Source of the DNA: Patescibacteria group bacterium
Lineage (GTDB): Bacteria; Patescibacteriota; Microgenomatia; UBA10105; UBA927
Direction of reading: 5' to 3'
NCBI GenBank assembly: GCA_049322955.1
Contig: JBMOPU010000012.1
Coordinates: forward strand, 681,517 to 745,516
DNA: 64,000 bases
Position numbers and translations under genes: made by a program. Below, piece by piece: positions 56,446 to 64,000 of this stretch; positions within the stretch are counted from its first letter, which is position 1, and every line of letters starts with the position of its first letter. Below the pieces are notes generated by a model. That model saw only the letters and a list, made by a program, of their open reading frames with translations, was not told the origin of the DNA and did no database searches.

Positions 56446-56913
56446 ATGAATGATCAACTTTCTCCCGATTCCGTACAGGATGCCGATGTTATTGCTCCCG
56501 AAGTTTCTTCTGATAGCCCGAGTGCCGATACGGTGCTTGAGCTTGAAAATATGATCAAAAATACGGTCACCGTCATCGACCGTAACAAAAACGAGCTTAA
56601 AAAGTACAAGGAGATGCTCGAAAGCGCGCTTCTAAACGACAGCACGTACAAAGAGGCCGCCGACAAAGCCAAAGAAGCCAACAAGGAAAAGGGCAAAGCA
56701 AAGGCCGCCGTCATGCAAAACCCCGCCACCAAGCAAATCGCGGAAAAAGTAAAAGACATGACGCAGGAAAACAAAGACTTGGCTACCGCCCAGTCGGAGT
56801 ATCTGCGCGAATACGCCAAACTGTCGGGCACAAACGAGATTGAAGGCGATGACGGTGAGGTTCGCGAAATCGTCTATATCGCCAAACTGGTAAAGAAGTC
56901 CAAGCGCGGATAA
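56446..56913 (+). CDS. Coiled-coil hypothetical protein
   Basis: Host-like codon usage, heptad pattern, C-terminal IEGDDGEVREIV. Confidence 0.7.
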   Translation: MNDQLSPDSVQDADVIAPEVSSDSPSADTVLELENMIKNTVTVIDRNKNELKKYKEMLESALLNDSTYKEAADKAKEANKEKGKAKAAVMQNPATKQIAEKVKDMTQENKDLATAQSEYLREYAKLSGTNEIEGDDGEVREIVYIAKLVKKSKRG

Positions 56914-56914
56914 A

Positions 56915-57595
56915 CTAACGCGCGATTGCCACATCCCGACGTTTGGTCACAAAAAACCATTCTTCCTTGGGGACAGTCATCCAGCGGGTCACCACGCGAT
57001 CCACATCTTTTTGCTGTGAAGTATGGCAATGTGCGGCGGCGACTTTTTGAGTAAATACGCCCGAGATATCCACGACCATATCGACTTCTTCCCGTAGAAA
57101 TCCGGGAGGGAAAAAGACAAAGTAATCCTGCATGCTGTCACTCACGTCGCGGCTGGCGCAGTTATACCAAATCGCATCGATATCGGCATTTTTGCTATAC
57201 ACATAGCTTGTTACCATCGCAACGGCGACGTGATCCAGGTGCCCCGAAACACCCCGAAGCTCCGTGGTGATAAGAAGGGAGGGCTTGTGTGCGTCGACAA
57301 GCTTTTGCAGGGCATCGGCTATTGCATGATACGTATTGTTGTTGAGTGTGCCGTCCGCAAAACCTAACATATGGACCTTGGCAACTCCCAGCGCATTGGC
57401 CGATGCGGCAAGCTCATCTTTGCGCATATCGGCAAGCGTTTTGCCGCCGACCGGGTGAAACCGCGGATCGGAAGCGCCGTCCGTCACGCAAATAACGTGC
57501 ACCTCATACGTCTTGGCAAGAATCGCAATCGTCCCCGAGGGACCGAACGCTTCATCGTCGGGGTGCGCTATCACACAAAATACGGTCTTTTTCAT
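56915..57595 (-). CDS. PIG-L family deacetylase
   Basis: AHPDDE, GHLDH, HTSQ. Confidence 0.9.
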   Translation of the reverse strand: MKKTVFCVIAHPDDEAFGPSGTIAILAKTYEVHVICVTDGASDPRFHPVGGKTLADMRKDELAASANALGVAKVHMLGFADGTLNNNTYHAIADALQKLVDAHKPSLLITTELRGVSGHLDHVAVAMVTSYVYSKNADIDAIWYNCASRDVSDSMQDYFVFFPPGFLREEVDMVVDISGVFTQKVAAAHCHTSQQKDVDRVVTRWMTVPKEEWFFVTKRRDVAIAR

Positions 57596-57617
57596 GTCTG
57601 TGGATTATAATACACAT

Positions 57618-58544
57618 ATGGAGATTTTTACGCAATTTACGCCGACCATTTCTTCGTTGTGGGAAAAAGCGCTTGCACGGGAAAAAAATCCGTATCCGTT
57701 TTCTCCCATGTCCTGGCATGCGCACTGGTTTTCCCACTTTGGAGCGAATGAAACGCTTTCGCTCGTTGCCGACTCTGCAGGATCGGTTATCCTTCCGCTC
57801 GCCGTAAAAGACGGCGTCGCTCACTTCACGGGTGGTGAAGAAATCGCCGATTATCTCGACGCCATAGGCGACGACGATACTAAACTATCGCTCTGGCAAA
57901 AAGCCCTTCCTGCACTCAAGGAACAAAAAGCAACGTCCCTCACGCTTCGGAATATCCCCGAAGGCTCCCCAACGCTTGCGTATTTTCGTACCGTGCCGGG
58001 CGCCGATATTGCACAAGAAGACACGACACCGATCCTTACGCTTCCCGATTCTTTTGAAGGGTATCTTGCCGCGCTCGATCGCAAAGATCGCCATGAATTG
58101 CGCCGTAAAATGAAGAAGTTCGAAGCGACACATACCGATCTCATCTTTTCCGTAAGGGAACACGATGCGATACGTATCGACGATCTCGTCCTCCTCATGA
58201 AGCAGGATACGGATAAAGCGATATTTTTGACCCCGGAGATGACCGAATTTTTTTCGGGACTCCCCTCGGTAGCACCGGATTCGCTTCGCCAGTTTGTGTT
58301 AATGGCAGGCGAAAAAATCATTGCCGTTACCCTGGCATTTCAAACTCGTGACGCGCTGCTCCTCTATAACTCAGGGTTCGATCCGCAGTATCCGGGGGCA
58401 GGTTGGTATATAAAGGTAAAAACGATCGCCTGGGCGATCGAGCAAAAACTCACACAATACAACTTTCTCCAGGGAAGCGAACGGTATAAGTATGATTTGG
58501 GAGGGAAAGATTTTCCGGTGTATAAAATAACCCTTTCCTTGTAA
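57618..58544 (+). CDS. GNAT (FemAB/CelD-like) acyltransferase
   Basis: ADYLD, RHELRRK, YNSGFD, FLQGSERYKY.LG. Confidence 0.8.
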   Translation: MEIFTQFTPTISSLWEKALAREKNPYPFSPMSWHAHWFSHFGANETLSLVADSAGSVILPLAVKDGVAHFTGGEEIADYLDAIGDDDTKLSLWQKALPALKEQKATSLTLRNIPEGSPTLAYFRTVPGADIAQEDTTPILTLPDSFEGYLAALDRKDRHELRRKMKKFEATHTDLIFSVREHDAIRIDDLVLLMKQDTDKAIFLTPEMTEFFSGLPSVAPDSLRQFVLMAGEKIIAVTLAFQTRDALLLYNSGFDPQYPGAGWYIKVKTIAWAIEQKLTQYNFLQGSERYKYDLGGKDFPVYKITLSL

Positions 58545-58575
58545 CGACTACCTTTGCTATACTATCTTTCATCTC

Positions 58576-61125
58576 GTGATACGTACGCCACATCTTTCGA
58601 GTACCAAAGCCGCCGAGCTACTCACGAAATTCGGCCCAAACGCGCTAAGCGAGGCGTCGGCTCACTCTCCGCTCTCTATCTTCATTGACCAGTTCAAAAA
58701 CATCCTCGTCCTCATGCTGATGGGTGCGGCGGGTCTCTCGTTTATTCTGGGTGATGAACTCGACGGCATCCTCATTCTCACCATCCTTATTCTGAATGCC
58801 ATCTTGGGCTTTGCCCAGGAGTTTAAAGCGGAAAAGGCACTTGCGGCGCTAAAACGCATGACGGTGGGCGTGGTGAAAGTCCTTCGTGACAATCAGGTCA
58901 AAGAACTTCCCAGCACCGACATTGTCCCCGGAGACATCATCTTCCTCGAAGAAGGAGACAAAGTCCCCGCAGATGCGATACTTATTGAAGCGCTCCATGT
59001 GGAGTTTAATGAGGCGGCGTTGACCGGTGAATCGCTCCCCGTCGAAAAAAACACGACGACAGATAATGAAATCTACATGGGAACGATCGTCACGCGCGGC
59101 AGAGCCACCGCAAAAGTTACCCAAACGGGCATGCGCACCAAATTCGGCTCCATCGCGACCAAACTCGGTGAAATCACCGATGAGGAAACGCCGCTCGAGA
59201 AGAAAATGGCGGTATTGGGCAAACAGTTGGGGGTTGTCGCGCTCACGTGTGCCGGTATCATTTTCGGTTTGGGTTTCTTGCGAAAGGATCCGCTGTTTGA
59301 ATCGATCCTGACCGCCATCAGTCTTGCCGTTGCTGCAGTTCCCGAGGGACTGCCTGCCGTGGTCACGATCACGCTTGCCGTCGGTACCCAACGTATGGCC
59401 AGACAACGGGCAATACTCCGGAAACTATCCGCCATCGAGTCGTTGGGCAGTGTCACGGTAATAGCCACCGACAAAACGGGGACGCTTACTCAAAATGACA
59501 TGCGCGTAACCGACGTATGGGCCTCGGGCGTTTCGCACAAGCTTGCCGAACTGCAAAAGAAGCAACCCGCGCACCTGTCGGAACTTCTGGAGGTCGGCGT
59601 TCTGTGTAACAATGCCAGCCTTTCCGTCGTCTACAAAGGCGAGCCGCCGACCGTCATCGGCGACAAAACCGAAGGATCGCTGTTGTTATTTTCCCATGAT
59701 ATGGGCAAACAACCCGAAGAATTCCGCATTGACGGCAAGCTCGTCGAAGAGTTTGCGTTCAATTCCCTGGTGAAAATGATGACCGTCGTATGGAAGCAAG
59801 GGAAAACTACAACAGCCTTTACCAAAGGAGCACCCGAGTCGGTACTTATGCAATGTAATCGCTACAAAACGAACGGAAAGGTCATGGAGCTTTCCGATAC
59901 CGAACGCAAAAAGATCGAAAAAGCCTTCCGTTCCTTTGCCGCCAAGGGACTTCGCATGATCGCGCTTGCCAAAAAGGATATTACCTGGAACAACCAACCG
60001 AGAGAAAAAGTGGAACATGATCTGATTTTTTTGGGATTTGTGGGTATTGCCGATCCTCCCCGACCGCAAATTGCGGGTGCGGTAAAACTTGCTCAACGGG
60101 CGGGCATCACGACCGTCATGATCACGGGAGATAACGAACTCACCGCACAGGCAATCGGTGCAGAGGTGGGGCTTCTGCAAAAAGGCGATCAGGTACTCAC
60201 GGGTGCCCAATTTGAGAAACTTTCCGACGCAGAAGCGATGAAAGCGTTGGAAAAGACCCGCATCTTTGCCCGTACCACACCCGAACAGAAGTATCGCATC
60301 GTCAGCTTACTCCAAAAAATGGGACATGTGGTGGCGGTCACGGGAGACGGCGTCAACGACGCCCTGGCATTAAAACAAGCGGATGTCGGCGTCGCCATGG
60401 GAATAACCGGCACCGATGTCGCCAAAGAAGCGTCCGACATGATTATCACGGATGATAATTACGCATCGCTTGTCGTTGCCATCGAAGAAGGCCGAACGAT
60501 TTTTGACAATATCAAATCGACGACCAAGTACCTTATCGGCTGTAACCTCGGTGAAATCGGGGCTATCACCGGCGGCGTCCTTTTGGGATGGCCGTTTATC
60601 TTAAGCCCGCTGCATATCCTCTACGTCAACCTGGTCACCGACGGACTTCCTGCCATCGGGCTGTCACTTACCCCCAAGCAGGGAGATATTATGAGTCAAA
60701 AACCTCGTACGGAAAAGGCGATTTTCAATAAACATGACGTGATCTGGTTTATCGAAGTGGGACTCATTACCACGGTTGCGACCCTGGTTTCGTTCGTGAT
60801 AGGCTCCAAGGTCGATATCACGCTGGGGCGTACGCTTGCGTTTTTGGCCATTATTTTGGCACAGCAATATATCTTCTACGACATCGCAAGCCGCAACAAG
60901 ACGATTCTCAAACTCTCGCCCAGGAAGTTCCCGTGGATTTTGCTACCCGTTGTCATCATCATTATGCAGGTTATGCTTTTGGAAGTGCCGGCATTTGAGA
61001 AAGTGTTTGAAACCACGGCACCGCCGATTATCTTCTCGGTGGCAAGCGTGGCGATCACGAGCTTACTCCTTATCGCTTCCGAGCTCCGCAAGAAATACGG
61101 ACGCCATTTGTATTACCATCATTAA
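58576..61125 (+). CDS. P2A-type (Ca2+-like) cation-transporting P-type ATPase
   Basis: TGES, VPEGL, DKTGTLT, KGAPE, GDGVND, VNLVTDG. Confidence 0.95.
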   Translation: MIRTPHLSSTKAAELLTKFGPNALSEASAHSPLSIFIDQFKNILVLMLMGAAGLSFILGDELDGILILTILILNAILGFAQEFKAEKALAALKRMTVGVVKVLRDNQVKELPSTDIVPGDIIFLEEGDKVPADAILIEALHVEFNEAALTGESLPVEKNTTTDNEIYMGTIVTRGRATAKVTQTGMRTKFGSIATKLGEITDEETPLEKKMAVLGKQLGVVALTCAGIIFGLGFLRKDPLFESILTAISLAVAAVPEGLPAVVTITLAVGTQRMARQRAILRKLSAIESLGSVTVIATDKTGTLTQNDMRVTDVWASGVSHKLAELQKKQPAHLSELLEVGVLCNNASLSVVYKGEPPTVIGDKTEGSLLLFSHDMGKQPEEFRIDGKLVEEFAFNSLVKMMTVVWKQGKTTTAFTKGAPESVLMQCNRYKTNGKVMELSDTERKKIEKAFRSFAAKGLRMIALAKKDITWNNQPREKVEHDLIFLGFVGIADPPRPQIAGAVKLAQRAGITTVMITGDNELTAQAIGAEVGLLQKGDQVLTGAQFEKLSDAEAMKALEKTRIFARTTPEQKYRIVSLLQKMGHVVAVTGDGVNDALALKQADVGVAMGITGTDVAKEASDMIITDDNYASLVVAIEEGRTIFDNIKSTTKYLIGCNLGEIGAITGGVLLGWPFILSPLHILYVNLVTDGLPAIGLSLTPKQGDIMSQKPRTEKAIFNKHDVIWFIEVGLITTVATLVSFVIGSKVDITLGRTLAFLAIILAQQYIFYDIASRNKTILKLSPRKFPWILLPVVIIIMQVMLLEVPAFEKVFETTAPPIIFSVASVAITSLLLIASELRKKYGRHLYYHH

Positions 61126-61134
61126 TAGGTAGGT

Positions 61135-61971
61135 ATGAAACAAAAGAAACCTGCTCCCAAAATCGGCCTTGCTCTCGGCAGCGGCGGCCCCCGGGGACTT
61201 GCCCATATCGGCGTCATCAAAGCCCTTGTTGAATATCATGTCCCTATCCATATCATTACCGGCGCAAGCGCCGGGTCACTTATCGGGGGTATGTATTTGG
61301 CGCTGGGCTCGATTACCAAGGTGGAACATATCGCCAAGTCTCTAACGTACAAAGACATCATCGCCGCCTTTGCCGATTTCGGTTCGCGGTCGGGAATCAT
61401 CAAGGGCATCAAAATGGAACGACATTTGACCAAATTATTGGGCAGGAAGAACATCGAACACCTTTCCCTGCCCTTTGCCGCGGTGGCGACCGATATGAAA
61501 ACGGGTGAAGCGGTCACTATAACACGCGGCAACCTCATCAAAGCCATCCGCGCCAGCAGTTCAATCCCCGCACTTGTTGATGCCGCCTATATCGGTAAAA
61601 CCTATCTTATCGACGGCGGGGGCTCCAATCCCGTGCCCGTATCGGTGGCAAGAAATTTGGGCGCAACGCATGTCATCGCTGTTAATTTGGATACGTATCG
61701 CTTCATCAGGGAAGATGCGCTGAGGGTTAAACTTCCGACGGTAGCGGATATGGGACTGGCGGCGCTTCATATGCTCCGGTATAACCTGGCAAAAAAGCTG
61801 TGCGAAGACGCCGATGTGACGATCACGCCTGATGTTGCCGAAATATCTTCCATAAACCTCGCGGAATTTCTGCACGGAGAAGCGATTATCCAAAAAGGGT
61901 ACGACGCGACGATACAAGCCCTCCCCCGTATCCGTCAGGTCTTGAGTGTTGCCGCAATCGGCGTAAAGTAG
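61135..61971 (+). CDS. Patatin-like phospholipase (RssA-like)
   Basis: GSGGPRG, GASAG, DGG. Confidence 0.92.
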   Translation: MKQKKPAPKIGLALGSGGPRGLAHIGVIKALVEYHVPIHIITGASAGSLIGGMYLALGSITKVEHIAKSLTYKDIIAAFADFGSRSGIIKGIKMERHLTKLLGRKNIEHLSLPFAAVATDMKTGEAVTITRGNLIKAIRASSSIPALVDAAYIGKTYLIDGGGSNPVPVSVARNLGATHVIAVNLDTYRFIREDALRVKLPTVADMGLAALHMLRYNLAKKLCEDADVTITPDVAEISSINLAEFLHGEAIIQKGYDATIQALPRIRQVLSVAAIGVK

Positions 61972-61992
61972 GTATAATACGCGATATCTTCT

Positions 61993-62592
61993 ATGACGAA
62001 TAAACAACTTATTCTTATCGCCGTCGCCGTGCTCGGCGTATTTCTTTTAATCGGCGGCATTTTCTTTGCCGTTGGTATGAAGAGCGCAGGCACCGCTCCC
62101 ACTCCGACGCCGACACCGAGCCCGGAAATTACGAGTGCACCGACGCCGTATAGCACTGATGCGCCGACGGCAACACCCACGAGAAGTGTCACTCCCACCA
62201 GAGCCGCGTCGCCCACACCGACGAAAACACCGGCGCCGACCGCGACCATCACGCCTACCCCATCGCCCACTCCTACTCCCGGAGTAGTGAATATCGAAGC
62301 GAGTGTGACACCGACAACCAGTAACACCTGCACCCAAAAATACGTCTTTTCGGCAAAGATTTATACCAACGGCGCGGCGACGGTAAAGTACAAGTGGTTG
62401 AGAAGCGATAACGCCATCTCCCCCGAACAATCGATTACCTTCACTGAAGCGGGCATGCAGACGGTGACAACGGAGTGGACTCGGGGACCGATCGCATCGG
62501 GAACCAACGAAGCAGGCTGGCAACGGATAGAGATATTAAGCCCCGGATCGGGACTCGGCAACAAAGCCGAATTTACGCTCTCGTGTCCGTAA
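61993..62592 (+). CDS. Membrane-anchored Pro/Thr-stalk protein with Ig-like C-terminal domain
   Basis: N-terminal TM, PT repeats, C…Y.W.RSD…C beta domain. Confidence 0.75.
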   Translation: MTNKQLILIAVAVLGVFLLIGGIFFAVGMKSAGTAPTPTPTPSPEITSAPTPYSTDAPTATPTRSVTPTRAASPTPTKTPAPTATITPTPSPTPTPGVVNIEASVTPTTSNTCTQKYVFSAKIYTNGAATVKYKWLRSDNAISPEQSITFTEAGMQTVTTEWTRGPIASGTNEAGWQRIEILSPGSGLGNKAEFTLSCP

Positions 62593-62599
62593 CACTTCG

Positions 62600-62857
62600 C
62601 TACCTCCGCGCACGGGACCAGAATGATCCGCGTTTTTTTTCGGATTCAGCCACGATCCCGCGGCATAGTTCCTGTTCCTTCGGCTCCGCCAACACCCACC
62701 CGCCGTCGCTCCAGATGTAGGAAAACGCACCTTGAAAGTCCTCTTTCGCCTGTCCCCCGTCTTTCCAAAGAATGATATGCCGATGCGCTTCCGATCTGCC
62801 TTCCGGAGGTAGATGAATAACCTTTCGTACGTGAGTAATCGGCCTTTCTGCAGACAC
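62600..62857 (-). CDS. Hypothetical protein
   Basis: ORF only. Confidence 0.4.
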   Translation of the reverse strand: MSAERPITHVRKVIHLPPEGRSEAHRHIILWKDGGQAKEDFQGAFSYIWSDGGWVLAEPKEQELCRGIVAESEKKRGSFWSRARR

Positions 62858-62971
62858 TCATTCCAGCGTACACCTTTCGACATGCATCGGAAAGATCGGA
62901 ATATACTCACGCACGGCTTTTTTGCTATAATAGCGAGTGTGTTCTGACCTAAAAGGTCAGGATTATCTCTA

Positions 62972-63043
62972 GGGCCTGTAGCTCAACGGTAGAGCAGTAG
63001 CCTTTTAAGCTATTGGTTCTGGGTTCGAATCCCAGCGGGCTCA
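62972..63043 (+). tRNA. tRNA-Lys(TTT)
   Basis: GGGCCTG/CGGGCTC acceptor, GTAGC-CTTTTAA-GCTAT anticodon arm. Confidence 0.95.
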
Positions 63044-63048
63044 CTGAT

Positions 63049-63080
63049 ACAAAAATGCCTCCCGTACGGGAGGTTTTTTG
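63049..63080 (+). terminator. Intrinsic terminator after tRNA-Lys
   Basis: ACAAAAATGCCTCCCG-TA-CGGGAGGTTTTTTGT. Confidence 0.8.
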
Positions 63081-63086
63081 TGATTT

Positions 63087-63815
63087 TCATTTTGTCGGCA
63101 CCCACGTCGACACCGTCACGGGAATTTGTTCCTGTCCGTTTTCGAGTTTCGGCTTTCCCTTCATCACATACTGGTCTCTAAACCCATTCGCCAACATTTC
63201 AAGGAAATATGTTACGTTATGAAAGCGGGTGCGCAATCGTGGGAACAGAAAACTTTCATTTTCCTCATATCCGTTTTCGGGCGGGCGGGTTTGCCGAAAA
63301 TCCGATTTGGTTAGCCCTAACTGCCGGTTTAGTTCGGCATATAGCGCAACTTCAGAATCTTCACTCCCCTCAACGAGAAGTTTCCCCGAAGTGGAACTGT
63401 CCCGTTTCAGGATGAACCCCGGGGGCAACTTCAGCGGATCAATAACGGGAAGAGTATCCGCTTCCCCTATCGGCACCGTGCCCGCACACTGCACCATCGA
63501 AAGTTCCCCGCGCTGAGGTGACTGATAGCGGATTTTACCGCGAAACGTCCGCATCCCCGACTCAATCACTGTCCTCCGCTGACTTTCATAACGGGTACGG
63601 TAAAACACGCGGAGTCCCTTTCTCGCCTCATCGACGAGCCGATCAAGGAGCGTATCGGGATAGAGCAGTGTTTTTTTTCCCGTTCCATATTCGCGTTTGG
63701 TGAGCATGCCCGCTTTCCCAAGTTCTTCGCGAAGCTCTCCTACCGATTGAGGAATGAATTTTTCATCAAGGATCTTGCGTCGCGGCATTTCATGCCGTAC
63801 CGATAGCTCTGCCAT
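63087..63815 (-). CDS. Hypothetical protein, degenerate NUDIX-like box
   Basis: GKLLVEGSEDSEVALYAELNRQLGL loosely follows the Nudix box but lacks the catalytic Glu pair. Confidence 0.5.
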   Translation of the reverse strand: MAELSVRHEMPRRKILDEKFIPQSVGELREELGKAGMLTKREYGTGKKTLLYPDTLLDRLVDEARKGLRVFYRTRYESQRRTVIESGMRTFRGKIRYQSPQRGELSMVQCAGTVPIGEADTLPVIDPLKLPPGFILKRDSSTSGKLLVEGSEDSEVALYAELNRQLGLTKSDFRQTRPPENGYEENESFLFPRLRTRFHNVTYFLEMLANGFRDQYVMKGKPKLENGQEQIPVTVSTWVPTK

Positions 63816-63869
63816 AGCCGTAGTGTAGTAAAGGAAATCCGGTTTGTCGAGGAAGTACGACAATAACAT

Positions 63870-64000
63870 CTATTCGAGCTTCGGAGCGACGAATACAATC
63901 CGTGTCCGATGCAGACCATCGAGACTCCTGGGATTGATAAGTACCGCCAAATCCTCATCTTCCGTAGGCTTTATCGTGAAATCCACAAGAGGACTTTCAT
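63870..64000 (-). CDS. 3' end of a hypothetical protein (partial)
   Basis: Open frame …ESPLVDFTIKPTEDEDLAVLINPRSLDGLHRTRIVFVAPKLE*. Confidence 0.4.
   Translation of the reverse strand, partial: ESPLVDFTIKPTEDEDLAVLINPRSLDGLHRTRIVFVAPKLE

Noticed and set aside
63044-63250. A shadow copy downstream of tRNA-Lys (also checked for Val, Phe and Gly)
   Set aside because: I found no repeat of their 3' ends, so the phenomenon is limited to Gln and Glu in this window.

Overview
A mostly chromosomal 64-kb window (standard genetic code) from a small-genome bacterium. Gene content, many short orphans and apparently leaderless promoters suggest Patescibacteria/CPR, possibly Microgenomates; this is inference, not a database result. 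From left to right: (1) the AT-rich end of a defence island, with the qatB 3' end, qatC, qatD, NERD, XRE and PLD genes, bounded by a tRNA-like att remnant near 4.16 kb; (2) a tRNA cluster (Val, Phe, Gly, Gln); (3) uvrB-uvrA-transglutaminase-uvrC-yvlD-yvcK-secG-oppA, divergent from lexA; (4) a gluconeogenic run ppsA-eno-gpmI-FBP aldolase/phosphatase-acs, next to phosphomannomutase, PMI-like and SIS-like genes; (5) metK under a SAM-I riboswitch; (6) an AT-rich DUF3467/antitoxin/RelE islet and a dinB cassette with a candidate LexA box; (7) pilin-fusion and LRR surface genes, then DEAD helicase, csp and obg; (8) many orphans, tRNA-Glu, a P-type ATPase, patatin and tRNA-Lys. The most unusual signals are non-coding. 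Two unrelated tRNA genes (Gln, Glu) are each followed 168-170 bp later by a copy of their own T-arm/3' end, split in the T-loop by a 71-79 nt structured insert. Two tRNAs (Gly, Gln) share a covarying ~85-nt structured leader. A ~145-nt rod with a central bubble (6S-like RNA or regulatory UTR) precedes the DEAD-box helicase.
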